DNA of 50,161 nt, from the NCBI GenBank assembly GCA_944332725.1, contig CALVKO010000003.1, positions 1 through 50,161 of the forward strand, written 5' to 3'. Below are positions 9,911 to 18,570 of this stretch, piece by piece. Under the pieces are notes generated by a model that saw only the letters and a list, made by a program, of their open reading frames with translations, ran no database searches and had not been told where the DNA came from. The stretch comes from an uncultured Bacilli bacterium (lineage in GTDB: Bacteria; Bacillota_I; Bacilli_A; RF39; UBA660). A program made the position numbers and the translations under genes. Each line of letters begins with the position of its first letter. Position 1 is the first letter of the stretch.

Positions 9911-10558
9911 ATGGGATTTTTAGATTTAATTAAAAAAGGAGTAGTTGAAGAATTTACAGGAACAATTTCAACTGGAGATTTATTTTTATCACTTATTATT
10001 GCCTTTATATGTGCAATATTTATAACTTATATTTATAAAAAAACTTATACAGGAGTATCTTATACTAAATCATTTGTACTATCGATTATATTGTTAGCAA
10101 TGGTAACATCTCTAGTAATTAGAACAATTAACTCTAATTTAGCGTTATCATTAGGTATGGTTGGTGCTTTATCTATCGTTCGTTTCAGAACAGCCGTAAA
10201 AGATCCAGTCGATACTATATTTATGTTTTGGGCAATTGCTGTAGGTATTATGTCAGGAGCAGGACTTTATTTAATAACTGTAATTGCTTGCGCTTTATTA
10301 GGATTATTTTATTTAATAAGTTATTTTAAAGTATTTAAACCAATTGAAAAATATTTATTAGTCGTAAATACCAATAAAAAAGATTCATTAGAAGTAGCAA
10401 AGATATTTGCTAATAAAAATTGTATTTTAAAAACAGAATCAATTAAAAAAGATAAAGTAGAATTAACTTATGAAGTTATAGGTAAGGAATTTGCTAATCA
10501 AATATTAGAGTTAGATAATGACTACATAGAAGATATTCATATGATTAATATAGATTGA
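9911..10558 (+). CDS. DUF4956 membrane protein
   Basis: SLGMVGALSIVRFRTAVKDP.D signature; 4-5 TM helices plus a soluble C-terminal domain. Confidence 0.9.
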   Translation: MGFLDLIKKGVVEEFTGTISTGDLFLSLIIAFICAIFITYIYKKTYTGVSYTKSFVLSIILLAMVTSLVIRTINSNLALSLGMVGALSIVRFRTAVKDPVDTIFMFWAIAVGIMSGAGLYLITVIACALLGLFYLISYFKVFKPIEKYLLVVNTNKKDSLEVAKIFANKNCILKTESIKKDKVELTYEVIGKEFANQILELDNDYIEDIHMINID

Positions 10559-10697
10559 TTGTTTAAAAGGAATGCTTAAATTTGTTTAAAAATTTATATT
10601 CGCACAAATAAACATTCCTTTTTCTAATATTATAATAAATGTAATATTAATAAACCAATTTTTATATTAATATTTTAGATTAATGGCAAATAAACAA

Positions 10698-10726
10698 TTG
10701 ACAAATAATTTAATATATGATAGTAT
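10698..10726 (+). promoter_or_regulatory. Sigma-A promoter for secE-nusG
   Basis: TTGACA-17 bp-TAGTAT with extended -10 TG. Confidence 0.7.
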
Positions 10727-10790
10727 TTATGTAGACACGAAAAAGTGTTTTTATTTTGAAAAAATTTTCATATAATTTAAGAGGTGAATT

Positions 10791-11069
10791 ATGAGTAAAA
10801 AAGATGGAAAGAACACTAAAAAAGTAACAACAAAGGATGAAAAAAAAGTTTCAAAAAAAGACAAAAACACAAAAAAAATTAAAAAAGAAAAAGTAAAAAA
10901 AGAATCATTTTTTAAAGGTGTAGAAAAAGAAATGGGTAAAGTTCGTTGGCCATTAAAAAAAGAAATGATTAAATATTCTATTGCAACCTTATCGTTTATA
11001 ATTTTCTTTGGTATTTTCTTTACTTTAGGTGATTTAATTATCGCAGGGTTTAAAATGTTGGTGGGATAA
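10791..11069 (+). CDS. secE: Preprotein translocase subunit SecE with Lys-rich N-terminal extension
   Basis: FFKGVEKEMGKVRWP motif plus one TM; directly upstream of nusG. Confidence 0.93.
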   Translation: MSKKDGKNTKKVTTKDEKKVSKKDKNTKKIKKEKVKKESFFKGVEKEMGKVRWPLKKEMIKYSIATLSFIIFFGIFFTLGDLIIAGFKMLVG

Positions 11070-11602
11070 TGGAAAAAGAATGGTATGTAGTAAACACCTA
11101 TTCAGGTCATGAAAGCAAAGTAAAAGAAAAATTAGAGATGCGTGCTTCTAGTATGGGACTTGAAGATTATATCTTTAGAGTAGTAGTCCCAGAACAAACA
11201 GAAGTAGAATATAAAGATGGGGTAAAAAAAGAAAAAGTAAAAAAGATGTTTCCTGGTTATATATTAGTTGAAATGATTATGACTGATGAGGCTTGGTTTG
11301 TTGTAAGAAATACACCAGGTGTAACTGGATTTATTGGAAGTAGTGGTAAAGGTGCTAAACCTTTCCCTTTAACACCAGCCGAAGTTGATAAAATATTAGG
11401 TTCAATGGGAATGAGTAGATTAGATATTGCCAATGAATTACAAATTGGTGATCAAGTTAAAGTAGTTGATGGACCATTTGCTAATATGTATGGTAAAGTA
11501 ACAAGTATTAACTTTGAAAAACAACAAGTTGAAGTTGCTTTAGATTTATTTGGCCAAGAAACTAATGTTGAATTAGAATTAACGCAAATTTCTAAGGCAT
11601 AA
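11069..11602 (+). CDS. nusG: Transcription termination/antitermination factor NusG
   Basis: WYVVNTYSGHE, FPGYILVEM, VRNTPGVTGF and KOW motif. Confidence 0.98.
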   Translation: MEKEWYVVNTYSGHESKVKEKLEMRASSMGLEDYIFRVVVPEQTEVEYKDGVKKEKVKKMFPGYILVEMIMTDEAWFVVRNTPGVTGFIGSSGKGAKPFPLTPAEVDKILGSMGMSRLDIANELQIGDQVKVVDGPFANMYGKVTSINFEKQQVEVALDLFGQETNVELELTQISKA

Positions 11603-11662
11603 GTATTTACAAATATAAAAAAAAGTGTTATTATTAATTCGCTATATAATTTTTTATATAGA

Positions 11663-11703
11663 TGTGGGAGATTGATTTTAGGCGGATGATCATTATAACC
11701 ACA
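11663..11703 (+). promoter_or_regulatory. Ribosomal protein L1-binding leader upstream of rplK
   Basis: TGTGG-GAG...AA-CCACA stem with asymmetric internal loop, typical of L1 sites. Confidence 0.6.
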
Positions 11704-11734
11704 ACGCGAAAAATTAAATTTAGGAGGTGTTTTC

Positions 11735-12157
11735 GTGGCAAAACAAATAGCAAGCAAAGTTAAATTACAAATTCAAGCAGGTAAAGCTACTCCAGCGCCA
11801 CCAGTTGGTACTGTTTTAGGTCCAAAAGGAATAAACCTACAAGAATTTTGTACAAAATATAATGATGCAACTAAAGATAAAATGGGAGATGTGTTACCAG
11901 TTGAAATTACTATTTATGATGATAGAAGTTTCGATTTCGTAATTAAAACTCCACCTGCAGCATTCTTGATCAAAAAAGCGGCTAAAGTAAAAGCAGGTTC
12001 AGCTAAAGGTAAAAATGGTATTGTTGGTTCAATTACAAAAGACCAATTAAGAGAAATTGCCGAAACAAAATTACCAGATTTAAATGCTTATACTGTCGAA
12101 GATGCAATGAAAATTGTCGAAGGTACAGCTTTAAATATGGGTATTGAAATAAAATGA
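11735..12157 (+). CDS. rplK: 50S ribosomal protein L11
   Basis: AGKATPAPPVG and KTPPAA motifs; GGAGG RBS with GTG start. Confidence 0.98.
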   Translation: MAKQIASKVKLQIQAGKATPAPPVGTVLGPKGINLQEFCTKYNDATKDKMGDVLPVEITIYDDRSFDFVIKTPPAAFLIKKAAKVKAGSAKGKNGIVGSITKDQLREIAETKLPDLNAYTVEDAMKIVEGTALNMGIEIK

Positions 12158-12167
12158 GGCTTTGAAA

Positions 12168-12434
12168 ATGAATAATATGAGTAAAACAACAAAAAATATT
12201 TTAACAGTTTTGATTGTTATAGCAACTTTTATTTTTGCGAATAATGTTGGATTGATTGGACTTTTCTTGGGATTGATTGTTTTAGGAATTATAGGATTTA
12301 TTACAAATAAAAAAGCTAAAACTAAATCAAGTATAGTAAGAGTCATTGTTGGTGCATTATTGGCAATTGTAATATTTGTTGCTTTAATAATATTGATTTG
12401 TTGGCTGATTGATTATTTAACATTTGTAGCATAG
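12168..12434 (+). CDS. Small hypothetical membrane protein inserted between rplK and rplA
   Basis: About 88 aa, three hydrophobic segments, GAGG RBS overlapping the rplK stop. Confidence 0.7.
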   Translation: MNNMSKTTKNILTVLIVIATFIFANNVGLIGLFLGLIVLGIIGFITNKKAKTKSSIVRVIVGALLAIVIFVALIILICWLIDYLTFVA

Positions 12435-12442
12435 ATTAATTC

Positions 12443-12474
12443 TATGTGGAAGGAAAAATCCGCTAGACCACATA
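12443..12474 (+). promoter_or_regulatory. Second L1-binding site, directly upstream of the rplA RBS
   Basis: TATGTGG-AA-GGA-AAAA-TCC-GCTAGA-CCACATA stem/internal loop abutting AAGGAGG. Confidence 0.65.
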
Positions 12475-12487
12475 AGGAGGTATAAAA

Positions 12488-13183
12488 ATGAAGAAAGGTA
12501 AAAAATACGTTGAAGTTGCTAAATTAGTTGAAAAGAATAAATTATATTCTAAAGAAGAAGCAATTGATTTAGTTAAAAAAACATCAACAACTAAATTCGA
12601 TTCATCAGTTGAATTAGCGTTATCTTTAAACTTAGATACTAAGAAAGCTGATCAACAATTAAGAGGTACTATTTGTTTACCAAATGGTACAGGAAAAACT
12701 AAAAAAATCTTAGTTATCGCAAAAGGACCAAAAGCTGAAGAAGCAAGAAATGCTGGCGCTGATTATGTAGGAGATATGGATTATTTAGAAAAAATTGAAA
12801 AAGAAAATTGGTTTGATTTTGATACATTAATCGCTACTCCAGATATGATGCCACAATTAGGTAAATTAGGTAAAATATTAGGTCCAAAAGGCTTAATGCC
12901 AAACCCTAAAACTGGAACAGTAACTATGGATATTAAAAAAGCAGTTGAAGAAGTAAAACAAGGAAGAATCGAATATAGAACAGATTCATATGGAAATGTT
13001 CATACAATTATCGGTAAAGTAAGTTTTACAGAAAAACAATTACTTGAAAATTTAGAAGCCTTTGTTTCATTAATTTTAAGAACTAAACCATCAGTTGTTA
13101 AAGGAACTTATGTTAAAAATATAAGTGTTTCTACAACAATGGGTCCTGGTATTAAAATTGATGCAAATTCTTTTGACAAGTAA
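12488..13183 (+). CDS. rplA: 50S ribosomal protein L1
   Basis: DQQLRG, LGPKGLMPNPKTGTVT and STTMGPG motifs. Confidence 0.98.
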   Translation: MKKGKKYVEVAKLVEKNKLYSKEEAIDLVKKTSTTKFDSSVELALSLNLDTKKADQQLRGTICLPNGTGKTKKILVIAKGPKAEEARNAGADYVGDMDYLEKIEKENWFDFDTLIATPDMMPQLGKLGKILGPKGLMPNPKTGTVTMDIKKAVEEVKQGRIEYRTDSYGNVHTIIGKVSFTEKQLLENLEAFVSLILRTKPSVVKGTYVKNISVSTTMGPGIKIDANSFDK

Positions 13184-13201
13184 TAAATAATATGTTATAA
13201 T
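13173..13201 (+). promoter_or_regulatory. Sigma-A promoter for rplJL
   Basis: TTGACA-17 bp-TATAAT with TG extension. Confidence 0.8.
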
Positions 13202-13214
13202 TAATTTGTTGTGT

Positions 13215-13320
13215 GAAGTACCGTAGACAGTAGGAGTCAAATAGACTTAATATTTCCTACCGAGGACTTAGAAATAGTTTTCTAATGCTCTTACGGTAAT
13301 GTAAGGGCATTTTAAGTTTT
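13215..13320 (+). ncRNA. L10 leader (ribosomal protein autoregulatory attenuator)
   Basis: ACCGTAGACAGTAGG...TTAA...CCTACCGAGG signature followed by terminator ATGCTCTTAC/GTAAGGGCAT-TTT; lies upstream of rplJ. Confidence 0.88.
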
Positions 13321-13365
13321 GAAAAGTTGAAAAGTGGTATTATATAGATAACGAGGAGGTGTAAT

Positions 13366-13857
13366 ATGGCTAATCAAAAAATAATTGCTAGAAAGCAAGA
13401 AACAGTTAATGAGATAACTAATAAAGTTAAAGAATCATCTTCAACAGTTTTATTCGAATATCATGGTTTAACAGTTAATGAAACTATGGAATTAAGAAGA
13501 AAACTTAAAGAATCTGGTTCAGAATATAAAGTATATAAAAATACTTTAGTAAAAAGAGCTTTAGATAGCTTAAATATCGATATGGACTCTGAATTAAATG
13601 GACCTAAAGCAATCGCTTTTGGTACTGATGCAGTTGCTCCTATCAAAGTATTAAGTGATTTCGCTAAAGACCATCCAGCATTAGTTATGAAAATTGGTTA
13701 TGTAGATGGTCAAATAGCTGATATTAATATGTTAAAACAATTAGCAAGCATCCCATCAAGAGAAGGATTACTTACTATGTTAGCATCTGGATTAATGGGT
13801 GTTGTAAAAGATTTATCAATTTGCTTAGATTTATATAGTAAAGATTTAGAAAAATAG
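13366..13857 (+). CDS. rplJ: 50S ribosomal protein L10
   Basis: YHGLTV, LRRKL, VYKNTL and LASIPSREGLL motifs. Confidence 0.97.
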   Translation: MANQKIIARKQETVNEITNKVKESSSTVLFEYHGLTVNETMELRRKLKESGSEYKVYKNTLVKRALDSLNIDMDSELNGPKAIAFGTDAVAPIKVLSDFAKDHPALVMKIGYVDGQIADINMLKQLASIPSREGLLTMLASGLMGVVKDLSICLDLYSKDLEK

Positions 13858-13873
13858 AAAGGAATGATTATAA

Positions 13874-14239
13874 ATGGCAAAATTTACAAAAGAAGAATTT
13901 ATTAATGGCTTAAAAGAAATGACTATTCTTGAAGTTAAAGAATTAGTTGATGCAATGAAGGAGGAATTTGGTGTTGATCCATCAGCTGTTGCTGTTGCTG
14001 CTGCTCCAGCTGCTGCAGCCCCTGAAGGACCATCTACAGTTAGTTTAGTATTAACTGCAGCAGGTGCTAACAAAATCGCTGTTATCAAATTAGTTCGTGA
14101 AATTACTGGTTTAGGATTAAAAGAAGCTAAAGATGTTGCTGATAATGGTGGTGCAGTTAAAGAAAATATTTCAACTGATGAAGCAAATGAATTAAAAGCT
14201 AAATTCGAAGAAGCCGGCGCTACTGTTGAATTAAAATAA
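13874..14239 (+). CDS. rplL: 50S ribosomal protein L7/L12
   Basis: Ala-rich hinge, [19 protein letters not shown]. Confidence 0.98.
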   Translation: MAKFTKEEFINGLKEMTILEVKELVDAMKEEFGVDPSAVAVAAAPAAAAPEGPSTVSLVLTAAGANKIAVIKLVREITGLGLKEAKDVADNGGAVKENISTDEANELKAKFEEAGATVELK

Positions 14240-14245
14240 TTTATA

Positions 14246-14282
14246 AAGCCTGTACAATTTAGTATGGGCTTAATGTGTTTTT
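14246..14282 (+). terminator. Hairpin, probable terminator after rplL
   Basis: AAGCCTGTAC/GTATGGGCTT stem with a weak T-tract. Confidence 0.55.
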
Positions 14283-14299
14283 AGAAAAGAGGAAGATAA

Positions 14300-14881
14300 A
14301 TGAGTTACTATTTTACTAACGATGAAAATTTAAAAAGTGAAGTAAAAAAAATAAATGTAATTATCAATAATCTTCCTTTTTCTTTTTATACTGATAATGG
14401 TGTTTTTTCCAAGAAAGGATTAGATTTTGGTACAAGAACACTACTTGAAAATTTGCCAGATTTAAAAGGAAATGTATTAGATATCGGTTGTGGTTATGGC
14501 CCAATCGGTATTTACATTTCTAAAAAAAACAATCTCTTAGTCGACATGATTGATGTTAATAGAAGAAGTTTAGACTTAAGTTTAAAAAATTCAAAGTTAA
14601 ACAATGTCAAAACAAATGTGTTTGAAAGTGATTTATATAGTAATATAAATAAAAAATATGATTATATCGTAACGAACCCACCGATTAGAGTAGGAAAGAA
14701 AATACTATATAAATTATTATTTGAGGCTAAAAATTATTTAAATAAAAATGGTGAATTATGGTTAGTGGTAAATAAAGATCAAGGGGCTAAAAGTTTAGTA
14801 AATGATTTAAAAAAAGAGTATGAAACTACAATTATTTGTAAAAATAAAGGTTTTTTCATAATTAGAGCAATAAACAATTGA
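14300..14881 (+). CDS. ybxB: Class I SAM methyltransferase, RsmC/YbxB family
   Basis: GVFSK..LDFGT, LDIGCGYG and TNPPIR motifs; conserved rplL-ybxB-rpoB position. Confidence 0.9.
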   Translation: MSYYFTNDENLKSEVKKINVIINNLPFSFYTDNGVFSKKGLDFGTRTLLENLPDLKGNVLDIGCGYGPIGIYISKKNNLLVDMIDVNRRSLDLSLKNSKLNNVKTNVFESDLYSNINKKYDYIVTNPPIRVGKKILYKLLFEAKNYLNKNGELWLVVNKDQGAKSLVNDLKKEYETTIICKNKGFFIIRAINN

Positions 14882-14906
14882 CATGTTGATAATTGTTTGA
14901 TAAAAT
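14878..14906 (+). promoter_or_regulatory. Sigma-A promoter for rpoBC
   Basis: TTGACA-17 bp-TAAAAT with TG extension; overlaps the ORF-finder start at 14893. Confidence 0.75.
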
Positions 14907-14964
14907 TATAAATTGGCGGCATGTACTTTTGTTGCATGATAATATAGTGTATAGGGGTGAAAGA

Positions 14965-17900
14965 GTGGCATATACAACAAAAAAATGTGGAGATTATCGT
15001 GAAAGAAGAAATTATGCAAAAACAAAAAACGCAATTGAATTATCTAACTTATTAGAAATTCAAAAAAAATCTTATGATTGGTTTATGACAGAAGGTATCA
15101 AAGAGGTATTTGATGATATTTTTCCTGTAGAAAGTTTTACAGGAAATTTATCGTTGGAATTTGGTGAATTTTCTTTTGATCAACCAAAATATTCAATTAA
15201 AGGTTGCAAAGAAAGATATGCAACTTATGCAGCACCTTTAAAAGTAGAAGCAAGACTTTTTAATGGTGAAACAGGGGAAGTTAAGGAACAAGAAATTTTC
15301 TTAGGTGATATGCCTATAATGACAGAAACAGGAACATTCATAATTAATGGTGCAGAACGTGTTATCGTTTCACAATTAGTTCGTTCTCCAAGTTGTTATT
15401 ATGGTAAAGAAGTAGATAAGAAAAATGGACGAGTTACTATTACTTCACAAATTATTCCAACTAGGGGAACATGGTTAGAATATGAAATCGATTCAAGAGA
15501 TGTTATCTATGTAAGAATCGATAGAACAAGAAAAGTTCCAATCACAACACTACTTAGAGCAATCGGTTTAAATAGTGATGAAGACATAATTGATTTATTT
15601 GGTGAAAATGAATTAATTACTAAAACAATTGAAAAAGATACAAATAAAAATACTGATGAATCATTAATTGATATTCATTCAAAATTAAGACCAGGTGAAC
15701 CATCTACTTTAGATAGTGCGAAAAATCAATTAATTACTAGATTTTTTGACGCATTTAGATATGATTTAGCTAAAGTAGGGCGCTATAAATTTAATAAAAA
15801 ATTAAATGTTTTAGATAGATTATTAGGTAATAAATTAGCTGAAAATATTGTTGTTGATGGTGAAGTAATTGCACAAGATGGTGACTTAGTAACTAAAGAG
15901 TTATTAGAAAAATTAAAACCTGTTTTTGAAAATGGTTATGGAGTTAAAGAAGTATTAATTAATGAAGAATTAGATAGTTATAATCGAGTTCAAATAGTTA
16001 AAGTATACAATAAAGATGGAAAAGTTACTAAAATAATTGGTAATGATCAAGCAATTACAGAAAAAAGATTAACTATTTCTGATATTTATGCATCAGTATC
16101 ATATTATTTAAATTTATTTGAAGGTATTGGTTCATTTGACGAAATTGATCATTTATCTAATAGACGTGTAAGACAAGTTGGCGAATTATTACAAAATCAA
16201 TTTAGAATTGGTGTATCAAGAATTGAAAGAGTAATAAGAGATAGAATGAGTACGCAAGAATTAGCTGAAGTAACACCTAAGACTTTAATTAATATTAGAC
16301 CACTTACTGCAGCAATTAAAGAATTCTTTGGCTCTTCTCAATTATCACAATTCATGGATCAAACTAACCCAATTGCCGAACTTGCTAATAAAAGACGTTT
16401 GTCTAGTTTAGGTCCAGGGGGATTATCAAGAGATAGGGCCGGTATGGATGTTCGTGATGTTAATCCATCACACTATGGAAGACTTTGTCCAATTGAATCT
16501 CCAGAAGGACCAAATATCGGTTTAATTACCGCTTTGGCAAGTTATGCTAAAGTAAATGATTATGGTTTTATCATGACACCATATCGTAAAGTAGAAAATG
16601 GTAAATTAACTGATGAAGTAGTTTATATGACAGCAGATGAAGAATTAGATCATTATATTTCACAAGCAACAGTTAAATTAGATGAAAATAATTGCTTTGT
16701 TGAAGAAAAAGTTCCAGTAAGATATCGTGGCGACAATATTATGATTGAATCTAAAAAGGTAGATTATATCGATGTTTCACCACAACAAGTAATATCAATT
16801 ACTACTCAAGGTATTCCATTCTTGGAACACGATGATGGTAAAAGAGCACTTATGGGTTCTAACATGCAACGTCAAGCTATTCCATTATTAAAATCAGAAG
16901 CTCCTTTAGTAGGAACAGGTATCGAAGCTATTTCAGCTCGTGATGGTGGTTCTGTTGTAATTGCTAATGCTGATGGTGTAGTTGAATATGTTGATGGTAA
17001 AAAAATAGTAGTTAAAACAAAAGGTGGTAAGGATACTTATTACTTAAATGGATATGAAAGAAGTAATAATGGTACATGTTATCATCAAGTTCCTATCGTA
17101 AGAGCTAACGACGTTATTAAAAAAGATCAAATAATTGCTGATGGTCCTTCAACTGATAAAGGTGAAATGGCCTTAGGTAAAAACGTAACTGTTGCATTCA
17201 TGAACTTTAATGGATATAACTACGAAGATGCTGTAATCTTAAATGAAAGATTAGTAGCAGATGATGTTTATACATCAATTCATATCGAAGATTATCAAAT
17301 TGAATGTCGTGATACTAAATTAGGTCCAGAAGAATTTACAAGAGATATTCCAAATATTGGTGAAGACGCTCGTAAAAACTTGGATGAAAATGGTATTATT
17401 AGAATCGGTACTGAAGTACATGATGATGATATTTTAGTTGGTAAAGTAACACCAAAAGGTATGGCTGAATTAACTAGTGAAGAAAAATTATTACATGCTA
17501 TATTTGGTGAAAAAACAAGAGAAGTAAGAGATACATCATTAAGAGTACCTCATGGCGGTGAAGGAATTGTTCATGATGTAAAAATATTTACTAAAGAAGA
17601 TTCTGATGAATTAGGTGCTGGTGTATCTAAAATAGTTCGTGTTTATATTGCTCAAAAACGTAAAATTTCAATTGGTGATAAAATGGCTGGACGTCATGGT
17701 AATAAAGGTGTTATTTCTTTAATATTACCACAAGAAGATATGCCATATATGGCTGATGGAACACCAATTGATATCTTACTTAACCCATTAGGCGTTCCAT
17801 CTCGTATGAATATTGGGCAAATCTTAGAAATGCATTTAGGTGCTGCAGCTAAAGAATTAAATATTCATGTTATGACTCCAGCATTTGATGGCGCTACTAG

Positions 17901-18570
17901 AGAAGAAATAATCGATGCTTTAAAAGAAGCAAAATTATCTCCTGATGGAAAAATGGTTTTATATGATGGTAGAACTGGTGAACCATTTGATAATAGAATA
18001 TCAGTTGGTGTTATGTATATGATTAAATTACATCATATGGTAGATGATAAATTACATGCTAGATCTACTGGACCATACTCATTAGTTACTCAACAACCAT
18101 TAGGTGGTAAAGCACAATTTGGTGGTCAAAGATTTGGAGAAATGGAAGTTTGGGCATTATATGCTTATGGTGCTGCTCATGTATTACAAGAGATGATGAC
18201 TATTAAATCTGATGATGTTGTTGGACGTGTTAAAGTGTATGAAGCATTAGTTAAAGGAACACCACTACCACCAAGCAGTGTACCAGAAAGCTTTAGAGTG
18301 TTAATTAAAGAATTCCAAGCTTTAGGTTTAGATATTAGTGTTTTATCTGAAAATGGTAAATTAATTGATATGAAAGAAGTAGAAGCAATGGATCAAGATG
18401 GTTTTGTAAGTGTTGAAGATTTTGAAAATAGTATTCAACCAATTAAAGAAAATACTGAAGAAAATGATACAGAAAACTTAGAAGAAGAAACGGATGAATT
18501 TGATGAATCTGAAGAAGATTTTGACGATGATTTAGATGAAGAAATAGAAGAAGATAAGGAGGCTATGTAA
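14965..18570 (+). CDS. rpoB: DNA-directed RNA polymerase subunit beta
   Basis: [18 protein letters not shown] and GGQRFGEME motifs; GGGGTG RBS places the start at GTG 14965. Confidence 0.99.
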   Translation: MAYTTKKCGDYRERRNYAKTKNAIELSNLLEIQKKSYDWFMTEGIKEVFDDIFPVESFTGNLSLEFGEFSFDQPKYSIKGCKERYATYAAPLKVEARLFNGETGEVKEQEIFLGDMPIMTETGTFIINGAERVIVSQLVRSPSCYYGKEVDKKNGRVTITSQIIPTRGTWLEYEIDSRDVIYVRIDRTRKVPITTLLRAIGLNSDEDIIDLFGENELITKTIEKDTNKNTDESLIDIHSKLRPGEPSTLDSAKNQLITRFFDAFRYDLAKVGRYKFNKKLNVLDRLLGNKLAENIVVDGEVIAQDGDLVTKELLEKLKPVFENGYGVKEVLINEELDSYNRVQIVKVYNKDGKVTKIIGNDQAITEKRLTISDIYASVSYYLNLFEGIGSFDEIDHLSNRRVRQVGELLQNQFRIGVSRIERVIRDRMSTQELAEVTPKTLINIRPLTAAIKEFFGSSQLSQFMDQTNPIAELANKRRLSSLGPGGLSRDRAGMDVRDVNPSHYGRLCPIESPEGPNIGLITALASYAKVNDYGFIMTPYRKVENGKLTDEVVYMTADEELDHYISQATVKLDENNCFVEEKVPVRYRGDNIMIESKKVDYIDVSPQQVISITTQGIPFLEHDDGKRALMGSNMQRQAIPLLKSEAPLVGTGIEAISARDGGSVVIANADGVVEYVDGKKIVVKTKGGKDTYYLNGYERSNNGTCYHQVPIVRANDVIKKDQIIADGPSTDKGEMALGKNVTVAFMNFNGYNYEDAVILNERLVADDVYTSIHIEDYQIECRDTKLGPEEFTRDIPNIGEDARKNLDENGIIRIGTEVHDDDILVGKVTPKGMAELTSEEKLLHAIFGEKTREVRDTSLRVPHGGEGIVHDVKIFTKEDSDELGAGVSKIVRVYIAQKRKISIGDKMAGRHGNKGVISLILPQEDMPYMADGTPIDILLNPLGVPSRMNIGQILEMHLGAAAKELNIHVMTPAFDGATREEIIDALKEAKLSPDGKMVLYDGRTGEPFDNRISVGVMYMIKLHHMVDDKLHARSTGPYSLVTQQPLGGKAQFGGQRFGEMEVWALYAYGAAHVLQEMMTIKSDDVVGRVKVYEALVKGTPLPPSSVPESFRVLIKEFQALGLDISVLSENGKLIDMKEVEAMDQDGFVSVEDFENSIQPIKENTEENDTENLEEETDEFDESEEDFDDDLDEEIEEDKEAM

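Noticed and set aside
14893-14964. N-terminal extension of RpoB suggested by the ORF track
   Set aside because: It overlaps the promoter -10 region; the RBS supports GTG 14965.
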